NCBI RefSeq assembly: GCF_004376175.1
Contig: NZ_SNUY01000026.1
Span: 15,826-47,825 of the forward strand
Direction of reading: 5' to 3'
Length of the DNA stretch: 32,000 bases
From: Halalkalibacterium halodurans
GTDB taxonomy: Bacteria > Bacillota > Bacilli > Bacillales > Bacillaceae_D
Part shown: one piece after another, positions 8,388 through 16,193 of the stretch
How the letters are laid out: each line of letters opens with the position of its first letter
Position numbering within the stretch: the stretch's first letter is position 1
Program-made: the position numbers and the translations under genes
The notes under the pieces: generated by a model
Seen by the model: the letters and a program-made list of their open reading frames with translations, nothing else
What the model was told of the DNA's origin: nothing
Databases searched by the model: none

Positions 8388-9749
8388 TTATAGACCTTGG
8401 AGCTGAGTAAGGAAGGCGGTTGCGATACCGAAATAAATCATCAATGAAAAGATATCATTAAGGGTAGTAATTAATGGACCGGAAGCGACAGCAGGGTCAA
8501 CTCCCATCCGATATAGAAATAGAGGGATGATCGTTCCTGCCAATGTCCCTGTAATTAACGTAAGGAGCAAAGAGACTCCAACGACAAACCCTAACGTAAT
8601 GTTAATCCAAATCGTTCCAATAACAAAAATCAAAACACCACAAGTAAGACCGATTAAGATACCGACTCGAAGCTCACGGAAAACGAGATGGATGATGGTT
8701 TTTCGATCCAGGTTTTGCGTAACAATCCCGCGAACGACAACTGCAAGTGATTGTGTTCCAGTGTTCCCCGTCATTCCGGCAATCATCGGCATGAAGAAGA
8801 TCAGAGCGACGACTTGTTCAAGTGTTTCTTCAAAGTTGCTAATGATGCTACCTGATACGAGCCCGATGAACAACAGGAGTACGAGCCAAGGAAGCCGGCG
8901 TGCTGAAGCCGTCAACGCTTTCGTCTGGAAGTCAATATCTTTACCAGAAGCAGATAGCTTTTCAATGTCTTCGTTCGCTTCACGGATGACAACATCGATT
9001 ACATCGTCCACCGTAATAATTCCGAGAAGTGTGTTCTGTTGATCAACGACAGGGATCGCAATAAAATCATAGCGTTCAATCGTTCGAGCGACTTCTTCCT
9101 GGTCCATATCAACCGGTACAGAGACGACCCTGTTAAACATAATGTCTTTAATTTTATCATCAATATGAGCAATTAATAAGTCACGGTACGAAACAACACC
9201 AACTAATTTCTTTTCCTCATTGATGACATACAAATAATAAATGTTTTCGCTGAAGCTCGCGTAATCTTTTAATTTGTCTACGGCCTGACGAACGGTATAG
9301 TCCTCTTTGATCCAAATGAATTGGTTTGTCATTAGGCCGCCAGCTGTTTCTGGATCATACCCCATAAGTGACTGAACTTTTTCCGATTCATCGTCTTTCA
9401 TCGCATCGAGAAATTCTTGAATGCGTTCAACGGATAGTTCATTCAACAAGTCAGCAAGGTCATCGTTGTCCATAAGGTTCATAACCTTTGATGATCGTTC
9501 AATCCCGAGTCTGTGCAAAATCTCGATTTGCATATCTGAATCAAGCTCTTGAATTAAATCGGCAATTTGATCAGGTGTTAAAAAGGTTAAAAACTTGTGA
9601 TGATGCTTATCCGGTAAACTGCGATAAAGCTGTGCAACGTCGTAAGGATGCAACTCATCAAGCATTTGCTGCAGGGCACCGCGTTTAGAATCCTTAAGAT
9701 ATTTAATCATGAGAACGAGAAGCTGATCTTCTGTCATGTTTGCCACCAT
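8388..9749 (-). CDS. mgtE: Magnesium transporter MgtE
   Basis: 453 aa with SD GGTGAGG. Has an MgtE N-domain, a tandem CBS region and a C-terminal 5-TM domain ending ...PLITTLNDIFSLMIYF. Confidence 0.92.
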   Translation of the reverse strand: MVANMTEDQLLVLMIKYLKDSKRGALQQMLDELHPYDVAQLYRSLPDKHHHKFLTFLTPDQIADLIQELDSDMQIEILHRLGIERSSKVMNLMDNDDLADLLNELSVERIQEFLDAMKDDESEKVQSLMGYDPETAGGLMTNQFIWIKEDYTVRQAVDKLKDYASFSENIYYLYVINEEKKLVGVVSYRDLLIAHIDDKIKDIMFNRVVSVPVDMDQEEVARTIERYDFIAIPVVDQQNTLLGIITVDDVIDVVIREANEDIEKLSASGKDIDFQTKALTASARRLPWLVLLLFIGLVSGSIISNFEETLEQVVALIFFMPMIAGMTGNTGTQSLAVVVRGIVTQNLDRKTIIHLVFRELRVGILIGLTCGVLIFVIGTIWINITLGFVVGVSLLLTLITGTLAGTIIPLFLYRMGVDPAVASGPLITTLNDIFSLMIYFGIATAFLTQLQGL

Positions 9750-9793
9750 GTCGCCTCACCTGCCTACAAGTTTCTGTGCGTCTATAACTGTAC

Positions 9794-9825
9794 AAAAAAA
9801 GAAAGAAGAAGTAAATCTCTTCTTC
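9794..9825 (-). terminator. Terminator-like hairpin inside the mgtE 5' leader
   Basis: The minus strand reads GAAGAAG-AGATTTA-CTTCTTC followed by TTTCTTTTTTT, about 45 nt upstream of the mgtE start. There is no upstream minus-strand gene for it to terminate. Confidence 0.5.
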
Positions 9826-9906
9826 ATTATTACCCGACAAAACCGAAAACTACTCTTTTAATATGATGAGTAAAGTTTGAAAATTTGGTTAAATATAAGG
9901 ATTCCG

Positions 9907-9960
9907 TTGCTGATGTACATGAGCCTATGCTATAATCAATCATAATGAAAATCATTCTCA
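9907..9960 (+). promoter_or_regulatory. Sigma-A promoter with Fur box (Fe ABC ATPase gene)
   Basis: TTGCTG (9907-9912), 18-nt spacer, TATAAT (9931-9936). The 7-1-7 Fur box TGAAAATCATTCTCA (9946-9960) has two mismatches to the consensus TGATAATnATTATCA. Confidence 0.7.
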
Positions 9961-9995
9961 TTTTTGAGGGATAGATCGAGTTTTGGAGGTTCCCC

Positions 9996-11045
9996 ATGAG
10001 CTTTATCCAGCTTCGCGACTTAACAAAAACATTTCCTCACACTTTAAAACCGGCTGTTGATTCGGTTCATTTAACAATTGAAAAAGGCGAAATTATCGCT
10101 CTGCTTGGTCCAAGTGGCTGCGGAAAAACGACAACCTTACGTATGATTGCTGGTTTTGAGCAACCGACGAGTGGCTCGATTAAGATCGGTGGTGAGGTTG
10201 TATATGAAAATCAATTTACTGTGCCACCAGAAAAACGTGGCATTGGTATGGTCTTTCAGGATTATGCCCTGTTTCCTCATTTGACAATTGCAAAAAATGT
10301 CATGTTTGGGTTATCAAAATGGGGGACACGTGCAAAACGAGAGCGGGCGAAGGAAGTGCTTGAGCTAGTCGGGCTTGCTGACTATGCGGCACGCTACCCA
10401 CATGAACTTTCTGGCGGTCAGCAGCAACGTGTAGCCTTGGCGAGAGCTTTGGCACCGAAGCCTCACGTTGTCCTTATGGATGAACCATTTAGTAACCTAG
10501 ACGCTGGTCTTCGTGAGAAAATGCGTTTTGAAGTGACGACTATCTTACGAAAAGCCAATGCAACGGCGATTATTGTCACACATGATCAAAAGGATGCCTT
10601 TGCTGTAGCTGACCGGGTGGTTGTCATGAATGAAGGTGTCATCCAGCAAATTGCCACACCAAGAGAGATGTATCGCTGTCCGAAAAATTGCTTTGTGGCT
10701 CAATTTGTAGGAAAAACGAACCTTCTTTCAGGACGGTTATGTGAAGACATGCGGCATGTCGATACGCATATCGGCCGTGTATCATTACCTGCTCAATCAG
10801 AAGTAATGCTTGAAAATGTGAAGGTTTCCATTCGACCAGAAGGCTGTAAGTTGGCTGAAGAAGGGCGATTTACTGGAAAAGTGGAGCGGGTAACGTATAG
10901 CGGTGAATATCAGGAAGTCGTGGTCAACCTCGGAGCAGGGACGACTGAACCGATGATCCTTTATGCGCCAATTGATCAAGATGTTCAGCCAGGGATCGTT
11001 GTCTCGTTTGATATAACCCCAGAGCTCGTAGCACTCGTGGAATAA
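9996..11045 (+). CDS. ABC transporter ATP-binding protein, Fe3+/polyamine-type (FbpC/PotA-like)
   Basis: 349 aa with SD GGAGG. Walker A GPSGCGKTT, signature LSGGQQQRVALARAL, Walker B VVLMDEPFS, and a C-terminal regulatory (TOBE-like) extension. Confidence 0.9.
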   Translation: MSFIQLRDLTKTFPHTLKPAVDSVHLTIEKGEIIALLGPSGCGKTTTLRMIAGFEQPTSGSIKIGGEVVYENQFTVPPEKRGIGMVFQDYALFPHLTIAKNVMFGLSKWGTRAKRERAKEVLELVGLADYAARYPHELSGGQQQRVALARALAPKPHVVLMDEPFSNLDAGLREKMRFEVTTILRKANATAIIVTHDQKDAFAVADRVVVMNEGVIQQIATPREMYRCPKNCFVAQFVGKTNLLSGRLCEDMRHVDTHIGRVSLPAQSEVMLENVKVSIRPEGCKLAEEGRFTGKVERVTYSGEYQEVVVNLGAGTTEPMILYAPIDQDVQPGIVVSFDITPELVALVE

Positions 11046-11289
11046 ACGGGAGACAGCACACTCCAACTGTTCCCATACGGTTGGAGTCTTTAACTTGCTG
11101 TTGGAAGGCATATTTTTGCCCCGTATAACTGGAGCTAGGACTCGCACTACAAGGCAACTATGACAACGTCTATGTGTCCACATCGTGTAGGAGACTTAGC
11201 GATCATTCAAAAGGGGATGAAAAAATCCCGCTGAATATTGTTTCACTTTATTATATGCTCAAAAACAAAACAACCCAGAAAATACCTGG

Positions 11290-11318
11290 TTGACAACGAT
11301 TATCATTCTCAATATACT
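11290..11318 (+). promoter_or_regulatory. Sigma-A promoter with embedded Fur box (binding protein + permease genes)
   Basis: TTGACA (11290-11295), 17-nt spacer, TATACT (11313-11318). The spacer contains CGATTATCATTCTCA (11297-11311), which matches 11 of 14 positions of the Fur 7-1-7 consensus. Confidence 0.6.
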
Positions 11319-11386
11319 TAAAGTGTTAACTATTTTCTTATTATTGTTAACATTTTACAAAGATCACAAGGGGGCTATTCCAGATT

Positions 11387-12505
11387 ATGGCAAAGCGTTT
11401 TCGTCTATTGTTTTTTGCTTTAATGGCAGTTGCCTTATTCGCACTTGCTGCATGCGGAGCAACTGAAGAAGAAGGAAATGAAGAACTAGCAGCAGAGGAG
11501 ACCGAAGAAACAACAGAAGGTGCTGAGGAGGAAGAGCAAGAGGAGCAAGTGGCTGAAGGCACTGGTGAGCTTGTTGTCTATTCTTCTCGTAACGAAGATT
11601 TCGTTAATGCTCTTTTAGAAAAATTTGAGCAAGATACAGGGATTACCGTACAACCCCTTCATGCAGGAGACAACGCAGTGAACCGTATTAAAGGGGAAGC
11701 AGGCAACGTTCAAGCGGATATTTTTATTTCCAATGACATCGGTGCTCTTGAGCATCTTCGTTTGGAAGGATTGTTAGAAGGATCTGATCCAGAAGGCGTT
11801 GAGTCCATCGATGAGAAATATCGTGCCGAAGATAATTCTTGGATTGCATTGTCCGCACGTACACGTGTTTTAATGTATAATAAAGATCTAATATCAGAAG
11901 AAGAAATGCCAAAAACAATTGAAGAATTAACGGATCCGAAATGGGAAGGCGACTTCGCGATTACCCGTGGAGGTAACGGTGGTATGATTGGACATGTTTC
12001 TGCACTTCGTCAAGAGTTGGGTGATGAAGAGACGAAAGAATGGATCTCTCAAGTGAAGGATAATGCAGGCGCAATTCTTGAGGGTCACGGAGACATTCGC
12101 CGTGCCGTTGGTGCTGGCGAGTTCAAATTTGGTCTTGTAAACAATTATTATTACCATCAGCAATTGCGTGAGCCAACAGACAACAATGTAGGCGTTATTT
12201 ATCCTGATCAAGGAGACGATGAAATGGGTGCGGTCGTTAACGCAGCAGGTGTTGGTTTAATTAAAGATGCACCTAACGGAGAAAATGCACAAGCTTTCCT
12301 TGAGTGGATTCTTCTTCCTGAAAATCAACGTGAATTCTCTTTTGAGTCGTTAGAAGTACCAATTAATCCTGAAATTGAAGCGCCAGAAGGAGCAGCTACG
12401 ATTAGTGACTACAAAACACATGACATGCCGTTAAGCAAACTAGGCGAAGTGTGGGAAGATACGCGTGAACTAATTGAAGAAGCTGGTCTTGACCTTGATC
12501 TATAA
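11387..12505 (+). CDS. Fe3+-type ABC transporter substrate-binding lipoprotein with acidic linker
   Basis: 372 aa. Signal peptide plus lipobox LAAC-G (Cys23), then a Glu-rich linker, then a periplasmic-binding-protein fold typical of FbpA/AfuA-like iron binders (VVYSS...). Confidence 0.85.
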   Translation: MAKRFRLLFFALMAVALFALAACGATEEEGNEELAAEETEETTEGAEEEEQEEQVAEGTGELVVYSSRNEDFVNALLEKFEQDTGITVQPLHAGDNAVNRIKGEAGNVQADIFISNDIGALEHLRLEGLLEGSDPEGVESIDEKYRAEDNSWIALSARTRVLMYNKDLISEEEMPKTIEELTDPKWEGDFAITRGGNGGMIGHVSALRQELGDEETKEWISQVKDNAGAILEGHGDIRRAVGAGEFKFGLVNNYYYHQQLREPTDNNVGVIYPDQGDDEMGAVVNAAGVGLIKDAPNGENAQAFLEWILLPENQREFSFESLEVPINPEIEAPEGAATISDYKTHDMPLSKLGEVWEDTRELIEEAGLDLDL

Positions 12506-12539
12506 AGCGTTTCTATAGGTGAGTAGGAGATGTCACATC

Positions 12540-14219
12540 ATGAATGTTGATCCACATAATCAAAAAAAGAAGGTTGGACATCGCCAGGTTGGTGAGCATC
12601 GCTCACCAACCTCTCGCCGTTTATTTAATACATATTGGCTTAAACTCTGGAATGGCTCCCCACCAGGAGCTGTTTTACTAAGCTTTGCGGCTGTGACTGG
12701 ATTGTTAATGGCTATTCCGATTGTTTATGTCGTGTGGGAATCGTTATTTGCAGGTGCTGATCGCTGGCTCCGACTGTTAGATACGAGAATTCCCCAATTG
12801 CTTTGGAATACATTGTCCTTAACGGTCATGGTGACATTGTTTGCGGTAGCGATTGGAGTATCGCTAGCATGGCTCGTGAATCGGACAAGCCTTCCTGGTC
12901 GAAAAATGTGGCAGTGGCTTCTAGCATTGCCACTAGTGATCCCTCCGTACGTTGGAGCGGTCACTTACATCATTATTTTCGGCCCTAGAGGTTGGCTATG
13001 GCGTTACTGGAAGCAAGAAGAGTGGCTACAGCAACGATTTGGTGATTATCCTATCGATGTGTACACATTTGCAGGCATATTTTTTGTCTTAACAATGTTC
13101 ACGTATCCGTATGTCTATTTGATTGCAGGTGCATCGCTTCGTAAAATGAATCGAAATTTTGAAGAAGTGGCTCGTGCGCAAGGAATGACGACAGGACAAG
13201 TATTTTGGAGGGTTAATCTTCCGTTTCTTCGCCCAGCGATTGGTGCAGGAGCGATCTTAGTTGCTCTTTATGTGCTCTCAGACTTCGGTGCGATCGCAAT
13301 GATGCGCTATACGACCTTTACAGCTGCAATCTATTATCAGATGGGAAGTTACGATAATGTCTCTGCGACGGTTTTAAGTGTCGTCTTGATTTTACTCACG
13401 CTCATCATTTTGTGGCTCGAAGCACGTACTCGAAAAAAGCAAAAATACTATCAAACAACGAACAGCTATCATGAGCCAGAGATATTATCTCTCGGCAAAT
13501 GGAAATGGCCTGCATTCTTTTTTGTCGCCGGCGTGTTCACTATATCCGTTTTGCTTCCAGTGATCGTCCTTGTCTATTGGACCGTTATCGGTGTTGGAGG
13601 CGGGGTTCTCGATGCAAAATTTTGGGGGTATGCGTGGAACAGCTTAAAAGTATCTGGATTAGCTGCTTTGTTTTGTATGCTGCTTGCTTTACCAGTTGTA
13701 TACTTACGATCACGTTACCCATCAAAAGTATCTCATTTTATCGAAAAGTTAAGCTATGCAGGATATGCACTTCCAGGGGTAATCGTAGCCCTCGGAATTA
13801 TCTATTTATTTAATCAATACATTCCTGTACTGTATAATACGTTTTATTTAATTGCGATTGCTTTTGTTGTGAGATTTTTACCTCAAGCTATGCAATCGAC
13901 GGATGCTTCTCTCAGCCTTATTTCACCGCGCATTGATGAAGCGGCGCGCAGTCTAGGCCAACCGCCTTGGAAGGTAATGTTCACCGTCATTATTCCATCG
14001 ATTTTGCCGGGGGTATTAGCAGGAGGAGCACTCGTATTCGTTAGTTCGATAAAAGAATTGCCAGCAACATTGCTATTGAGACCACCAGGCTTTGATACAC
14101 TTGCGGTTCGAATTTGGGTTGAAACGAGTGAAGCGACGTATTACACGGCGGCACCTGCTGCTTTACTCATCGTTCTTGTTTCGGCGTTGCCACTTCGTTA
14201 TTTATTGAAGAAATATTAA
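12540..14219 (+). CDS. Iron ABC transporter permease (fused double TMD, FbpB-like)
   Basis: The track ORF starts at GTG 12519. The ATG at 12540 has AGGAGA 9 nt upstream. About 12 predicted TM segments in two repeats. EAA-like loops at EVARAQGMT and DEAARSLGQPP. Confidence 0.88.
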   Translation: MNVDPHNQKKKVGHRQVGEHRSPTSRRLFNTYWLKLWNGSPPGAVLLSFAAVTGLLMAIPIVYVVWESLFAGADRWLRLLDTRIPQLLWNTLSLTVMVTLFAVAIGVSLAWLVNRTSLPGRKMWQWLLALPLVIPPYVGAVTYIIIFGPRGWLWRYWKQEEWLQQRFGDYPIDVYTFAGIFFVLTMFTYPYVYLIAGASLRKMNRNFEEVARAQGMTTGQVFWRVNLPFLRPAIGAGAILVALYVLSDFGAIAMMRYTTFTAAIYYQMGSYDNVSATVLSVVLILLTLIILWLEARTRKKQKYYQTTNSYHEPEILSLGKWKWPAFFFVAGVFTISVLLPVIVLVYWTVIGVGGGVLDAKFWGYAWNSLKVSGLAALFCMLLALPVVYLRSRYPSKVSHFIEKLSYAGYALPGVIVALGIIYLFNQYIPVLYNTFYLIAIAFVVRFLPQAMQSTDASLSLISPRIDEAARSLGQPPWKVMFTVIIPSILPGVLAGGALVFVSSIKELPATLLLRPPGFDTLAVRIWVETSEATYYTAAPAALLIVLVSALPLRYLLKKY

Positions 14220-14227
14220 TTGTTATT

Positions 14228-14259
14228 AACGCTAAGGCTTTTCCCTTAGCGTTTTTTTT
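14228..14259 (+). terminator. Intrinsic terminator of the iron ABC operon
   Basis: 10-bp stem AACGCTAAGG / CCTTAGCGTT followed by a T8 run. Confidence 0.85.
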
Positions 14260-14545
14260 GTACCTTAAAAGAAATGGAATTATCATAAGGGGAGACTCTG
14301 ACGTGAGAACTTGGTGCTAAGACGAGTTCTCCAATAAGGAAGTATAGAGAGCTGTCTAGCGAGGGCGTCGATCATCCGTGAACCCTTTCTCTCCAGTGCT
14401 TCGCCAGTGGCTATGTATATAGGCGACGCTTTTGCGTTTTGCTGAATTGTTAGCGTATAAAAGAGTTCGGTTCGTAGAGTAAGAAAAACATAAGAATGTA
14501 TATGCGAGTTCATGATTTATTCAAAAAATTTATTCAGGGAAACTG

Positions 14546-14604
14546 TTGACACTGATAATCATTATCAATTAAAATGAGAACTAACATATTGAGAATCATT
14601 TTCA
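14546..14604 (+). promoter_or_regulatory. Sigma-A promoter with two Fur boxes
   Basis: TTGACA (14546-14551), 18-nt spacer, TAAAAT (14570-14575). A perfect 7-1-7 Fur box TGATAATCATTATCA lies at 14553-14567. A second box TGAGAATCATTTTCA lies at 14590-14604. Confidence 0.8.
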
Positions 14605-14625
14605 AGTAAAGGAGTGTGAAGGCGG

Positions 14626-14943
14626 ATGTCCTCGATTATGATTGTTGGTGCGGATCACTTAGGAACGATTCCGAAAAAACTGAATGAAATCGGCTTTAGT
14701 GAAATTATGCATGTGACAGGAAGAAAGGTAAAGGCCGTTAAAAAGGAAATTCCTAGCCATGTGGATTTAATTTTAGTCCTGACGGATTACATAAACCACA
14801 ATTTAACGTCAGTATTAAAAAAACGAGCGTCCGAGCAAGACATTCCAATCTGTTATGCCAAACGTTCTTGGTGTTCGATCTACAAAGTGATTGGGCAATG
14901 TGATGCCTACTGTCCGAAACGAAACAGCTGTCAATTCAAATAG
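14626..14943 (+). CDS. DUF2325-like small protein with Cys-rich C-terminus
   Basis: 105 aa with SD AAGGAG. IMIVGADHLG...LILVLTDYINHNL...KK resembles DUF2325 proteins, from memory. The C-terminal 27 residues contain 5 Cys. Confidence 0.65.
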   Translation: MSSIMIVGADHLGTIPKKLNEIGFSEIMHVTGRKVKAVKKEIPSHVDLILVLTDYINHNLTSVLKKRASEQDIPICYAKRSWCSIYKVIGQCDAYCPKRNSCQFK

Positions 14944-14962
14944 AAGATTCTAGGTGATGTGG

Positions 14963-14998
14963 AAAAGCACTACTAATAATTTTTTTAGTAGTGTTTTT
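14963..14998 (+). terminator. Intrinsic terminator
   Basis: Stem GCACTACTAA / TTAGTAGTGT followed by T5. Confidence 0.75.
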
Positions 14999-15177
14999 CA
15001 TGTTTGCTGAACAAAGAGAACTTAATGATTTGGAAATTTTATCTACTAAAATAAAAAAGAAAAACTAATTTTCACTAGACTTATGGAGAAAAATATGAAA
15101 CAATAAGTTGCGTGAGGTAAAAATAATTAAAAGGAACAAAAAAGTTTGTCCTGAGACAATCTATTTTTTTGTAGCTT

Positions 15178-15198
15178 GTTTTGCCTTGGGGAAACTTT
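15178..15198 (+). promoter_or_regulatory. Possible MntR-type operator upstream of the metal-binding lipoprotein gene
   Basis: GTTTTGCCTTGGGGAAACTTT resembles the Bacillus MntR box (TTTGCCTTAAGGAAAC-like) as I recall it. It overlaps a possible promoter TTGCCT-17-TATTAG. Confidence 0.3.
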
Positions 15199-15230
15199 TT
15201 GGCTATTAGTGAAATTGAAGGGGGATGAAG

Positions 15231-16133
15231 ATGAAAAAGGTTTGTTTTAGTTTTGTCATGATGGTCATTGCGCTAATCGTTGCTGGATGCGGAGCAGAAG
15301 ATACGGGTACTAGTGAGGATGGGGAAGGCTTAAAGATTGTCACAAGCTTTTCTATTTTGGGAGATGTCCTTGAGAATATTGCGGGGGAACGGTCTTCCGT
15401 CACATACATTGTTCCAATTGGAGAGGAGCCCCACGAGTATGAACCAGTCCCAAGTGATTTTCAAGCCGTTTCTGATGCTGACGTATTTTATGTCAACGGC
15501 CTCGGTTTAGAGGAATGGTTACAGCGACTTGTGGAAAACACATCAGATGTGGATGTCGTAGAAGTGAGTCCAACGATAGATGCTTTGCCACTTGAAGAAT
15601 CGGACGGACTGGATCCACATGCTTGGTTAGATGTTAAAAATGTTATGAAATACGTAGAAGTGATTCGAGATGATTTAGTCGAAAGGGATCCAGACGGAGC
15701 TGAGATTTACGTGGCGAATGCCGAGGCTTATTTACAAGATTTGCAGGAATTAGAGGACTGGATTCATGATCAAGTAACGACCATTCCAGAGGAACAACGC
15801 ACAATTGTGATCAGCGAAAATGCCTATCGCTATTTTGGAGAAGCGTACGGCTTTGATACAGTAGGAATTTGGGAACTGAATTCTCATGAAGAAGGGACGC
15901 CTGGTCAAATTTCGCGGGTTGTAGACATTGTAAAGGAACTTGACCTTCCAGCCGTGTTTGTGGAAACAACGGTAAACAAAAGCTTCATGACGACAGTATC
16001 CAATGATTCTGGTGTAGATATTGCTGGTGAAGTGTATACCGATGCTGTCGGTTTAGAAGGATCAGGTGCGGAAACTTATATCGATATGATGAAGCACAAT
16101 GTTGATACTTTCGTGAGTGGATTGTCTCAGTAA
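15231..16133 (+). CDS. Metal ABC transporter substrate-binding lipoprotein (TroA/PsaA/MntA cluster-9 family), orphan
   Basis: The track start at 15225 abuts the SD AAGGGGG, so the ATG at 15231 is better spaced. Lipobox VAGC-G. Ligand motifs EEPHEYEP, LDPHAWLD and ISENAYRYF (Glu-type, Mn/Fe-like rather than the Zn-type His). Confidence 0.88.
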   Translation: MKKVCFSFVMMVIALIVAGCGAEDTGTSEDGEGLKIVTSFSILGDVLENIAGERSSVTYIVPIGEEPHEYEPVPSDFQAVSDADVFYVNGLGLEEWLQRLVENTSDVDVVEVSPTIDALPLEESDGLDPHAWLDVKNVMKYVEVIRDDLVERDPDGAEIYVANAEAYLQDLQELEDWIHDQVTTIPEEQRTIVISENAYRYFGEAYGFDTVGIWELNSHEEGTPGQISRVVDIVKELDLPAVFVETTVNKSFMTTVSNDSGVDIAGEVYTDAVGLEGSGAETYIDMMKHNVDTFVSGLSQ

Positions 16134-16137
16134 TTTG

Positions 16138-16176
16138 AAAAAGAGCTACCCTTTATTGGGAGCTCTTTTCGTTTTT
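16138..16176. terminator. Bidirectional terminator (metal-binding lipoprotein gene / rhomboid gene)
   Basis: Stem AAAGAGCT..CCC / GGG..AGCTCTTT followed by TTTTCGTTTTT. An A-rich tract lies upstream for the minus strand. Confidence 0.7.
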
Positions 16177-16193
16177 GTTCTGCTGACAATTAT

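Noticed and set aside
8527-9042. 171-aa plus-strand ORF, and similar antisense ORFs (1124..1312, 2012..2419, 5096..5899, 12725..12964, 26359..27087 etc.)
   Set aside because: They are fully embedded antisense or out of frame within well-supported long genes (mgtE, RNR alpha, hemAT, permease, tex). They have no SD and low-complexity or odd composition.
9750-9990. M-box riboswitch expected upstream of mgtE
   Set aside because: Only GCAGGTGAGGCGAC at the SD resembles the M-box 5' string, and that is the ribosome-binding site. No other conserved M-box blocks are present and the available space is too short.
10797-11183. Two minus-strand ORFs (128 aa and 77 aa) spanning the ATPase 3' end and the 340-nt gap
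   Set aside because: They overlap the ATPase gene antisense, and have no SD and no motifs. The gap is better explained as a promoter and leader region.
11347-11562. 71-aa Ser-rich minus-strand ORF
   Set aside because: It is a mirror image of the GAA/GAG-rich acidic-linker coding region of the binding lipoprotein gene. It is an artefact.
14286-14430. Possible yybP-ykoY (Mn2+) riboswitch, suggested by AAGGGGAGAC and TATATAGGCGAC strings
   Set aside because: The match to the conserved GGGGAGUAGC and GGCAAGAC-type strings is poor. There is also no downstream gene on the plus strand that lacks its own promoter.
14283-14513. 76-aa minus-strand ORF in the gap before the Fur promoter
   Set aside because: There is no SD upstream of its ATG (TTTTTGAATAAATCATG), no recognisable motifs and odd composition. 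I report the region as unexplained non-coding sequence instead.
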